Positions 18,674-27,893 of a stretch of 46,148 nucleotides of DNA are shown one piece after another. The DNA is taken from the NCBI GenBank assembly GCA_964493715.1, contig CAZBPC010000020.1, positions 1 through 46,148 of the forward strand, given 5' to 3'. Under the pieces are notes generated by a model that saw only the letters and a list, made by a program, of their open reading frames with translations, had not been told where the DNA came from and did not search any database. Source of the stretch: an uncultured archaeon (lineage in GTDB: Archaea; Asgardarchaeota; Lokiarchaeia; Sigyniarchaeales; SOKP01). Both the position numbers and the translations under genes were made by a program. Numbering within the stretch: the first letter of the stretch is position 1; every line of letters starts with the position of its first letter.

Positions 18674-19660
18674 ATGACAACTTTAGTTACAGGCGCAAAT
18701 GGTTTTATGGGTTCAGCTGTTGTAAGAGAGCTAATTAAAAATGGTGAAGAAGTACGGGTTACTATTAGAAAAGATAGTGTTACTGGAAATATTGATGATC
18801 TGGATGTGGAGAAGGTCTATTGCGATATTAGAGACAAAGAATCCGTAAAGATCGCATTGAAGGGATGTGATACTCTTTATCACGTCGCAGCTTTTTTTGC
18901 CCATTGGGCATCTAATAAAAAATTATTTTACGATATAAATATCGAGGGGACCAGAATTCTTCTCGAGGAAGCCCTTTCTCAGGGATTAGAAAAAGTAGTC
19001 TATACAAGTACTTCTAATACGATAGGATCTCATGGAGCTGGAAACTTTGTTAAAGAGGATGCAGAATTCAATGGATGGGAGGCTGGAGACCACTATGCGA
19101 TCTCAAAGTATCTAGCTGAAATTGAAGCAAAAAAGATTTGCGAAAAAGGTCTTCCTTTAGTAATAGTAAATCCAACTTTAGTCATTGGAGTGAGAGATTA
19201 TAAACCAACGCCTTCTGGGGCTTTAATTGTTGATATTGTTAATAAAGATATGCCAGGATATATTGAAGGAGCTATTAATGTCGTTGACGTAGAAGATGTT
19301 GCCCGCGGACAAATTCTAGCAGCTCAGAAAGGAATAATTGGTGAAAGGTATCTCTTTGGAAATGAAAATTTGTTTGTTGGAGAATTTTTCAAATTAATAG
19401 CAGATATAGCTGGAGTTGAACCCCCAAAGCGAAAGATACCCTATAGAGTTGCGTTATTATTGGGATATTTCTTTCAAGCGGGAGCACGTATTACGAAGAA
19501 TCCACCTTTAGTTTCAGTATCTCAGGTACGTTTAGGAAAGATGGGCGAACATTTTGATTGTTCTAAGGCTGTAAATGAACTGGGCTTAAAACTGACACCC
19601 ATCAGAAAAACTATTGAGAAAGCAATCAATTGGTTTAGAGAAAATGGGTATATAAAGTAA
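18674..19660 (+). CDS. NAD-dependent epimerase/dehydratase (extended SDR, dihydroflavonol reductase/HpnA-like)
   Basis: LVTGANGFMG, YHVAA, YTST, YAISK (YxxxK), VNPT and VDVEDVARG. Confidence 0.9.
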   Translation: MTTLVTGANGFMGSAVVRELIKNGEEVRVTIRKDSVTGNIDDLDVEKVYCDIRDKESVKIALKGCDTLYHVAAFFAHWASNKKLFYDINIEGTRILLEEALSQGLEKVVYTSTSNTIGSHGAGNFVKEDAEFNGWEAGDHYAISKYLAEIEAKKICEKGLPLVIVNPTLVIGVRDYKPTPSGALIVDIVNKDMPGYIEGAINVVDVEDVARGQILAAQKGIIGERYLFGNENLFVGEFFKLIADIAGVEPPKRKIPYRVALLLGYFFQAGARITKNPPLVSVSQVRLGKMGEHFDCSKAVNELGLKLTPIRKTIEKAINWFRENGYIK

Positions 19661-19867
19661 GGGTTATGGGTGAGATTGCTAACCCACTGCAAATAATAGT
19701 TTTAGAGGCTCATTCATAGATTTTATAGTAAATTTTTATTAAATAAATGAGGTTACCGTACAGAAAAATAATTTTAATTTAAAGTAAAAATTTTATAGAT
19801 ATATTAAGCTATTTTAATTGATATCTAAGTATTTTTGTATTTTATTGGAGATTAGTGATTTAAGGAA

Positions 19868-20764
19868 ATGGTTAATAAAGGCTTAGAAAGAGTTATAAAA
19901 TTATTGCTTCATAATCGAGAAGTAGCTGCAAAGAAGAGAGTGAAAGAGGAACGTGATGAATTGGAACATATGGCTAATATGATCCAACTTCCCAATGATG
20001 TTGAAACTAAAAAAGTATCTTTTGATGGAATAGATGCGATATGGTTAAAAACTCCTGGAGTTGCAGCGGAAAATTTAATTTTATATCTCCATGGAGGAAG
20101 TTATACTGCTGGATCTTTTAATAGTCATAAAGATCTCGTTCAAAGATTATCTAGAGAAGCAAAATGTAGTGTGATAACAGTAGAATACGGTTTAGCACCG
20201 GAACACCCTTTTCCTAAAGGGTTAAATGATGTAATAAAAATATATAATTGGTTAATTAATGAGGAGAAATTTAAACCTAATAAAATAGTTATAGTTGGAG
20301 ATTCCGCAGGCGGTGGATTAACATTGGCTACTTTATTAAAGTTACGTGATTTAGGGATTACATTACCTGCTGCAGGAGTCTGTCTATCTCCTTGGACAGA
20401 CCTAGCTTTTACCGGAGAATCATATTACGATAAAAATATCAGTGATCCAGGAATCGCTCTTGATGAGTTGATGTTTGCTGCAAAGCTTTATATTGGTAAT
20501 AATGATCCAAAAAATCCATATATATCACCAGTTTATGCTGATCTAAAAGGATTACCACCTTTATTAATTCATGTAGGAACTGTAGAAAAACTACTTAACG
20601 ATTCCACTCGTGTAGCAGAATCAGCAAAAAAAGCCGGTGTGAATGTCACTTTAAAAATTTGGGAAGAAATGATTCATGTATTCCAAGCTTATGCTGTGCT
20701 AATTCGTGAGGGTCAAGATTCTCTAAAAGAAATAGGCAATTATATACTCAATCATATTTCTTAG
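19868..20764 (+). CDS. HSL-family esterase/lipase (alpha/beta hydrolase)
   Basis: LYLHGGSY, APEHPFP, GDSAGG nucleophile elbow, catalytic Glu region and MIHVF. Confidence 0.93.
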   Translation: MVNKGLERVIKLLLHNREVAAKKRVKEERDELEHMANMIQLPNDVETKKVSFDGIDAIWLKTPGVAAENLILYLHGGSYTAGSFNSHKDLVQRLSREAKCSVITVEYGLAPEHPFPKGLNDVIKIYNWLINEEKFKPNKIVIVGDSAGGGLTLATLLKLRDLGITLPAAGVCLSPWTDLAFTGESYYDKNISDPGIALDELMFAAKLYIGNNDPKNPYISPVYADLKGLPPLLIHVGTVEKLLNDSTRVAESAKKAGVNVTLKIWEEMIHVFQAYAVLIREGQDSLKEIGNYILNHIS

Positions 20765-20779
20765 CACTATTTGGTTTTG

Positions 20780-21247
20780 CTAATATCCTATTTTAAGTTG
20801 TCTTAAAAGTTCTATTAAGGAATCGGAAAGATTATAATTTTTTAATTCATAAAAAGGCACAAAACGAGCATCTAAAGCATCAGAATCTGGTATGGGAGCT
20901 TGATTCATATTCCCTTCAACTTGCTCTACAAAATAATTTATCAATACATAATGGTATTCTATTTTTCCATTCTTATCATGCATAATTTTATTAATAATTC
21001 CCGCGAGATTAGTAACCTTTACTTTAATACCTGTTTCTTCTAGACCTTCTCTTTCAGCGGCATCTTCAACTCTTTCTCCAAGTTCCAAATGACCTCCCGG
21101 AATTGACCAATAGCCTGCATCGGGGTCATATTTTCTTTTGACTAATAGCAATTTTTGATTTCTAACTAAAAGAATTCCTACACCAACTTGTGGTCTTACG
21201 GGGAAATGACGAGTATCAAAGATTGTTAATCTTTTTTTTTTTAACAT
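20780..21247 (-). CDS. Nudix hydrolase
   Basis: PGGHLELGERVEDAAEREGLEETG Nudix box. Confidence 0.92.
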   Translation of the reverse strand: MLKKKRLTIFDTRHFPVRPQVGVGILLVRNQKLLLVKRKYDPDAGYWSIPGGHLELGERVEDAAEREGLEETGIKVKVTNLAGIINKIMHDKNGKIEYHYVLINYFVEQVEGNMNQAPIPDSDALDARFVPFYELKNYNLSDSLIELLRQLKIGY

Positions 21248-21420
21248 ATATAATATGAATTAAGATAACAAATAATAATCTATCATAGTTGCATTCATTT
21301 TTTGATAAAAAAAATTAATTTGGATACCATCGAAAGAAATATATTGTTAATTTTCTTCAGTTCTCTTGTGTTTGGTTATTTTTTCTAAATACCGAGGCGA
21401 ATTTCAAATGAAAATATTAA

Positions 21421-24400
21421 ATTTTAAAAAACAAAAGAAAACTGAATCTTTTTATTTTACTATCCGTCATTACGTTGTTCTTCTCGTCAAATGGACTTAT
21501 TCTAAATAGTTTTAACATTAGTGAAGCCTCAAGAACAATAAATCTATATTTTGATTCTGAAGAAATTGCTAATGATTTGAGTTTTATAAATGAAATTGAT
21601 GACACATTTGTCTATTCATTATATGGGCGGAATTATCTAGCATCATATCAAACCGTTGAGGATATAGAACTGATGAAAAAAGGAATCGATACATACTCAA
21701 AACAATCGATTTCTGACTATAATCCCATTATTGATGGTCACGGCACGGGATATGCATTACCATCTCCTGAGGATTTAGAAGTTCTTATTGGTAAAACAAC
21801 GCTTTTAGAAGTGATTCCAAATTATGGTCAAAAATATAGAGCTTCTGCGGATCTTTCAACGGAGATTTATTTTCCAACTGTTGGAGATCAAGCATCACAG
21901 GGATCCTGCTCAGCGTGGGCTAATGCGTATTATGCTTATGGATATTTAGAAGTAAAAGATTATGGGTGGGATGCCAGTTCCGGAAACCCAGATTTTCTAT
22001 TGAGTCCTGCATGGGCATATAATATCATAGCAGCATATGATTATGGTTCCAACCCTAATGAAGTTGCCCAGGTTCTAGTAGATTGGGGTGTACCGACGCT
22101 CAGTGCGATGCCTTACAATGATATGGATGTCGATAGTTGGGGTAATGAAGCTGCGTGGCGTCAAGCTCCTTATCATAGACCTTTAGATTATACTTTAATT
22201 ACCTATGTTGGTCCAACTATTATTGACCTAATTAATAGTATAATTGATGGCGGAACACCAGTAACCATTGGTATTGATGCATCTCAATTTTATTCTGGAT
22301 TAGATGAAGGAACAATGGACTTTACTTTATCCTCAGATGAATACGATCCTTCTGGCGAGTTAAATCATGCTTAATATTTTGTAGGTTATGATGATGCAAT
22401 TACGGAGGGAAGTGATGTTGGTGCATTTCGAGTAGTTAATTCATGGGGAGAGAGTTGGATGGATGGAGGATATTATTGGTTGACCTATGAAGCGCTTAGT
22501 GAATTTGCAGAAGATCCAGGTCAAGTGATAATGTTTATTACAGATAGAGTGGATTATTATCCAAGTTTAATCTCTACATGGGAATTTATCCCCGCACCGA
22601 CGCGAATGGGAGACATTGTAACCCTCGGAGTTGGTCCTTATGGTACGCCCTATGATTCATTGACACCTCATTATGATTATGATACTAATAATCCATTTCC
22701 TGACTTTATGGCGTTTGATATTACAGAGTTCCTGCCTTACTATACTGCAAATAATGATGAATTCTTCTTTCTAGAGATTGGATCCTCAACGAATGCAGGA
22801 ACTATTTCATCCTTCCTCATCGAGTGATATGTCGCTGGTGTTTGAGTTGAAACAACCTATGAGTCCATAGATATACCTCAATCTAACCCAGGTTTTGCAA
22901 GAAATACTTTCATAGAATTTGATCATGAGATCAGTGTAAGTGTAGAAGTCCCAAAAAACCCAGAGATTTTTGAAACGTATCTGATTAATGCAACCGTTCA
23001 AAATTTGGGGCTTAATGACGAGTCGAGTATCGAATTATATCTCTATTTAGATGGTTTAGTAGTTAATTCTGCCACATATCCCACTCTTTCTGCTGGTACA
23101 TCAGAAACTATTGATTATTTATGGACACCCATGACTTATGACACCTTTAATTTTACTGTGTTTGCCCCTCCCGTCGGAGGTGAATATTCCGAAGACAATA
23201 ATTTCAAATATTCTTTAATCACAATCAAATTCTTACAGAATTACACCATGAATGTGGGATATTCATATACGTGGATAGATGCATCCGGAGGTACCGAATT
23301 AGTGTTATACGATGATGATTTTGCAGCGATTCCATTACGCTTTGGTTTTACCTTTTATGATCAAACCTTTTCTACAGTCTATCTATGTTCCAATGGCTAT
23401 CTAAGTTTCTATGATACCTCACCTTACCAATACAGTAACATTCCCTTTCCATCAGGAGATCCTTCTCATTACTACATGATCGCACCTTTTTGGGACGACA
23501 TTTATCCTTCAAGTGGGGGACATATCTATGTACAATCTTTTGGTACCTATTGGGTAGCTGAATGGCAAGACATTTACCACATTTCTTCAAATTTAATTGG
23601 ATCCTTCCAAGTTGTTTTACATGAAAATGGGGATATCATTTTTAATTATGATTACATCAGTTACATAGAATACGGTTATACATGTGGGTTAAATTTAGGA
23701 GTAGATACACGGTATTACAATTCTTATCAAGGGTTAAGTGCTTCAACTGATGATTTATCTATTCTTTTTAATTTAGAATTGCTAGATCATGACCTTAGAG
23801 TCACATTAGATACACCAAGCGCTCCAGAACTGGATTCTAGTTATGCAATAACAGCAATGGTAAGAAATTATGGAAATAATGACGAATCGGATGTATACTT
23901 TTATTTGTATTATGATGATGTTTTGGTGAATTCAACGTTCATTTGGATGCTAGCAATAGGGGAAAGTGAAATCCTTACCTATAATTGGACCCCTACAACT
24001 TATAGAACATACAATTTAACGGCTTATGCTCCACCCGTAATAAATGAGACGTATAGTTCCAATAATCGTGTAGAAAAATTAATAGCAATCCATCCGGTTA
24101 AATTATTCGATGGATTGTTTATAGAACACTCTTATAACAGTATCATGTATGGAACCCTCCCCTCATTAGTTTCTTATAGCTACATTTCTGGATCTATATT
24201 CCATATCGAGTGGGAAATCAATATAGGTGGAACGTTCTATCAAGGTTACTGGGATGTTGATAGTAAAACACGGGTAATGCAAAACTCTAGTGGGGTTAAT
24301 TATTTTGGAAATGGTTTTCACTCGCCGTTTTGGATATTTCCAGATTCTTCTCTTGGAGAAATTATACCAATTGGAGTAGATGGAGAAGGAGATCATGATT

Positions 24401-24993
24401 TTATTATAACGGGGGACTTTCTTTATGATCTTCTCGGATTTAGTCTCGTAGAAGTGTGGGAATTAGAGGATTTGACTCTACCGGGAGGGATTGCGTGGTA
24501 TGAGAAGAGCACGGGAATTCTCTTAAATGGCACGTTTTTCTACAACTCAGGAGCAATGAATTACACCTTTGATTTTGTAGATACCAATGCAATATTGACC
24601 ATCTTTGATGTACCACCGGGCGATTTCACCTTATCATCAAATGCAGGGAACCCCGATATTAATGGAATCTTCGATCTCTCATGGACGACGGCATCTGGAG
24701 CAAGTAATTACTCGGTATATCGTTCTTCGAGTTTCATTACAGTGATAGACGGAAGTGTTACCCTCTTGGCAAGTGAAATCTCCGATTTGACTTGGGCATT
24801 AAGTGGATACGTGGATGGCACCTATTACTTCATTGTAGTAGCCCATAATAATCAAGGTGATACTCTCTCAAATTGTGTCGAGATAACCGTTGCTATACCA
24901 GGTATCCCGGGATATGATTCTGCTTTGATCCTTCTCACAATGCTAGGAATCTCTTTTCTGCTCATTAAATCGAAACTTAAGAGAAAAATTTAA
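21421..24993 (+). pseudogene. Secreted, membrane-anchored C1A (papain-family) cysteine protease with CARDB-like, NIDO-like and FN3-like domains, interrupted by three in-frame stops
   Basis: ORFs 21475, 22459 and 23005 share one frame. Catalytic motifs DQASQGSCSAWA, NHA-stop-YFVGY and VVNSWGESW are present. Stops at 22372-74 (TAA), 22825-27 (TGA) and 22843-45 (TGA). Signal-peptide-like N-terminus and IPGY-TM-basic C-terminus. Confidence 0.85.
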
Positions 24994-25005
24994 TGAAAAT
25001 CCTTA

Positions 25006-25033
25006 TTTTTTTATTTTTTAATTCTTTTTTTTT
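25006..25033 (+). terminator. Oligo-T terminator after the protease gene
   Basis: Three T tracts immediately after the stop codon. Confidence 0.45.
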
Positions 25034-25086
25034 GCTAAGCACAAATTTTTGAACCGATATTAATCAAAAGTGAAAATTTTAATAGT

Positions 25087-25578
25087 ATGGTAAGACCTTC
25101 ATATTGGCCAAAAGAAGGACAACCCAAGAGGACTAAAGAGTTCACGTGGATTGTGAAAAATAAATTCGCAGCAAGTTGGTGGCCTGATCCTCCATTATTT
25201 AAACGATTTGAAAAAGAAGGAATTTCTGTTATTATAAACTGCTCTGAATTAAATAATAAAAGTGATATTCCTGAAGGATTTTATTATTATCACATTGCTG
25301 TTCCAGATTTTGGATTACCTACTGAGGAACAAATCTCGCATTTTCTGAAGATATGCGATGAGCATATTCAGAAAAATGAAATAATTGTTGTGCACTGTGT
25401 AGCTGGTTGTGGTAGAACTGGGCAATTTGTAGTCGCATGGGCAGCACATAATGGATACATCCCAAAAGATATGGATCCAGTAAAATGGATAAGAAAATTA
25501 AGACCCTGCAGCTTGGAAACTAGAGAACAAACGGAATTTGCGAGGAAATTAGCCCGAAAATATCAATTAAATAATTAA
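25087..25578 (+). CDS. Dual-specificity / protein-tyrosine phosphatase
   Basis: VPDFGLP acid loop, VHCVAGCGRTG (CX5R) and RPCSLETREQ. Confidence 0.9.
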   Translation: MVRPSYWPKEGQPKRTKEFTWIVKNKFAASWWPDPPLFKRFEKEGISVIINCSELNNKSDIPEGFYYYHIAVPDFGLPTEEQISHFLKICDEHIQKNEIIVVHCVAGCGRTGQFVVAWAAHNGYIPKDMDPVKWIRKLRPCSLETREQTEFARKLARKYQLNN

Positions 25579-25666
25579 TGCAAAATATATATGTAATTGT
25601 TTTTATAATGTTTGTAACTTCGATTTATTTTTTTAGGTATAAAATTGTAAAGTTTCAGGGATAACT

Positions 25667-26833
25667 ATGCAAAAATCAGATTATCTTTACATGATCCTTG
25701 ACAATATATTAGCTTTTAGCATCCAACTTCCTCTTGAATACCAAGGGAATGGATTGAATGAACATCTTGATAAGTTTGATGAAAACACTCTAAAAATTGT
25801 TGCTGGATTCAATAAAAATTTCTTGTGGCATTTTTTAGACCAATCGAGAGGAAAAAATCAAAAAGACATTGAGGAAAAGCTAAAGAAAATGGAAGTAGTA
25901 TCATACCTTGTCAGTCCCACGGGTAGTTTAAATTATCTTGGAGAAGAACAACTTGATCACGTATTAAATAAGTTACCATCCCTCAAATTAGAAGAAATTG
26001 ACGAAACAAGAATAAGTTTAATTGCTGATGAACACTTACGGCAACAGTTTGGAGGTACAAGAGAAGGGTATAGTGTATCAGAAGCACTAGAAAATCAATT
26101 AACCAGTGCCGCGTTTTATCTAATGAATATGGGATACAATCGACAAGAAATTCAAGAAAAGTTCAACGAAGTTCGTAACGATCCTTCTAAATTAGGAGAA
26201 TTATTCAATCTTCCAGAGAAAGAAATATATAACATGCCGGTTGAACTTGAACAAGACTCTACTTCACACATGCAACCTCCTTCTAGAAATGAAAGCACTG
26301 CTGTAGATCAGACAATAAGTGTTCAAGAAGCCATAGAACGCCATATGCAGTCAATTCATGAAGATATCACTGAAGAAAGAGCTCAAAAGGTAGAAGAAAT
26401 ACTTGGTGAAATCAAAGATCATGTCAGAGAAATGATGAGCGAGCTTCAAGAAAAGATATTCCAACAAATGCATCCAGATCGATTAATACGCGCACTCAAG
26501 ATGTTGAAATTAACCAAACGTAAATCGAAACGAATGGAACTTCTTCTTGAATGGTTTGCTTCCAGTCTTTTGCTATCTAAAATTGAATTGAAGGTAGAAC
26601 ATTGGCAAGTATCTTCAAGCGCAGGTCATGGTGATGCTGGCGTTTTTACTGCGGGAATTGATTTTTCCCGTTATGATAATATTATTAAAGATTTTCCTGA
26701 TGCTCAATTGACAAAAATTATAAATATCGCACGGAAGATCCTTCAACATCCGACTAAAAAAGCAATTCAAAAACTTGGACAGGATCTCATTGCTGAAACA
26801 GGATTTGATGAACATCTGTACTTCACTGATTGA
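25667..26833 (+). CDS. Hypothetical protein (helical, with central low-complexity linker)
   Basis: 388-aa ORF with no recognisable family motif. Confidence 0.75.
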   Translation: MQKSDYLYMILDNILAFSIQLPLEYQGNGLNEHLDKFDENTLKIVAGFNKNFLWHFLDQSRGKNQKDIEEKLKKMEVVSYLVSPTGSLNYLGEEQLDHVLNKLPSLKLEEIDETRISLIADEHLRQQFGGTREGYSVSEALENQLTSAAFYLMNMGYNRQEIQEKFNEVRNDPSKLGELFNLPEKEIYNMPVELEQDSTSHMQPPSRNESTAVDQTISVQEAIERHMQSIHEDITEERAQKVEEILGEIKDHVREMMSELQEKIFQQMHPDRLIRALKMLKLTKRKSKRMELLLEWFASSLLLSKIELKVEHWQVSSSAGHGDAGVFTAGIDFSRYDNIIKDFPDAQLTKIINIARKILQHPTKKAIQKLGQDLIAETGFDEHLYFTD

Positions 26834-26887
26834 TGATTCATAAATTATTATCACCATTTATACAAAATATTAAAGAGGAAATAAATA

Positions 26888-27688
26888 GTGCCTTATTTTA
26901 AACGTGATGGAATAGAACTGTATTATATTTCTGAAGGAGAAGGAGAACCCTTAGTAATGATTAGTGGTTTAGGTAGCAAGAATAGTTGGTTATTTCAGAT
27001 ACCATACTTTAACAAAAGGATGAGAGTAATCGTACCTCATAATCGAGGAGTGGGAAAAAGTTCACGTCCAGATTATCCATATACGATGACAATGTACATC
27101 GATGATATAAAAGCACTCTTGGATCATCTTGAGATTAAAGAAAAAGTGCATCTTTGCGGAATTTCAATGGGAGGAATGATAGCTCAACATTATGTTTTAA
27201 AGTATCCTGATACTGTAAAAACTCTAATTCTTTGTGCTACCACTGCTTATCTTGAGAAGGTTTCGAATGTTATTGATTCACAGAAAGAAATGGAGAATAG
27301 TACTCTTGAACAAAAGTTTAAAGTTCGAGTTGCTGCTCTATACTCCAGACCATTTAGAAAAAAACTGAAAACTAATGTACAAATTTATGAAATTTTGAAG
27401 AATGATTTCATGGAAAACCCTACTAGACTTCAAGATTATATTAATCAAGGAGCAGCAGTAGGAGATCATGACACTCGAGATAGATTATCCGATATTACGC
27501 AACCAACTTTGATTTTAGTAGGAAGTGAAGATAGGATTATTCTTGGGCTCTATCACTCAGAATTGCTTCACGAAAAAATATCTAATTCAACATTAAAAAT
27601 AATTGAAAAGACAGGGCATGGTTTTATTGTTGAAAAACCTGACCAAGTGAATAATTTAATCTGGAATTTCATTCAGAAACACTCTTAG
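26888..27688 (+). CDS. Alpha/beta hydrolase (enol-lactonase/MenH-like)
   Basis: NRGVGKS, GISMGG, PTLILVGSED and KTGH. Confidence 0.92.
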   Translation: MPYFKRDGIELYYISEGEGEPLVMISGLGSKNSWLFQIPYFNKRMRVIVPHNRGVGKSSRPDYPYTMTMYIDDIKALLDHLEIKEKVHLCGISMGGMIAQHYVLKYPDTVKTLILCATTAYLEKVSNVIDSQKEMENSTLEQKFKVRVAALYSRPFRKKLKTNVQIYEILKNDFMENPTRLQDYINQGAAVGDHDTRDRLSDITQPTLILVGSEDRIILGLYHSELLHEKISNSTLKIIEKTGHGFIVEKPDQVNNLIWNFIQKHS

Positions 27689-27893
27689 ATTAAAATAATT
27701 GTTTATAAACAATCTTGCCCCTACTAATTGTCTCCATTTCTTCTAGGATATAATTCAAGTTAATCAAATATAGTAATTGTTATCAAATTATATAGAATTT
27801 TGATGAATATTTTTTCAGAAAAAAGTTTTCTTAGCAGTAATAATAATATAGGTTTGAAAATAATTAGTAATAAATTATATATTGAGAATTATT

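Noticed and set aside
19661-19686. GGGTTA...TAACCC hairpin after the SDR gene
   Set aside because: The stem is short, there is no adjacent T tract and no second copy, so no function can be supported.
22825-22845. Two TGA codons as possible selenocysteine
   Set aside because: They are not at catalytic or Cys-like positions, an upstream TAA already truncates the protein, and only T tracts (no evident SECIS hairpin) follow the gene.
21475-24993. Alternative genetic code for the whole window
   Set aside because: TAA, TAG and TGA all end well-conserved genes at their expected C-termini elsewhere in the window.
27698-27713. Perfect 16-bp palindrome ATTGTTTATAAACAAT upstream of the SIR2 gene
   Set aside because: It is nearly all A/T, such palindromes are expected by chance in 46 kb at this composition, and I saw no matching copy at the other cassette end.
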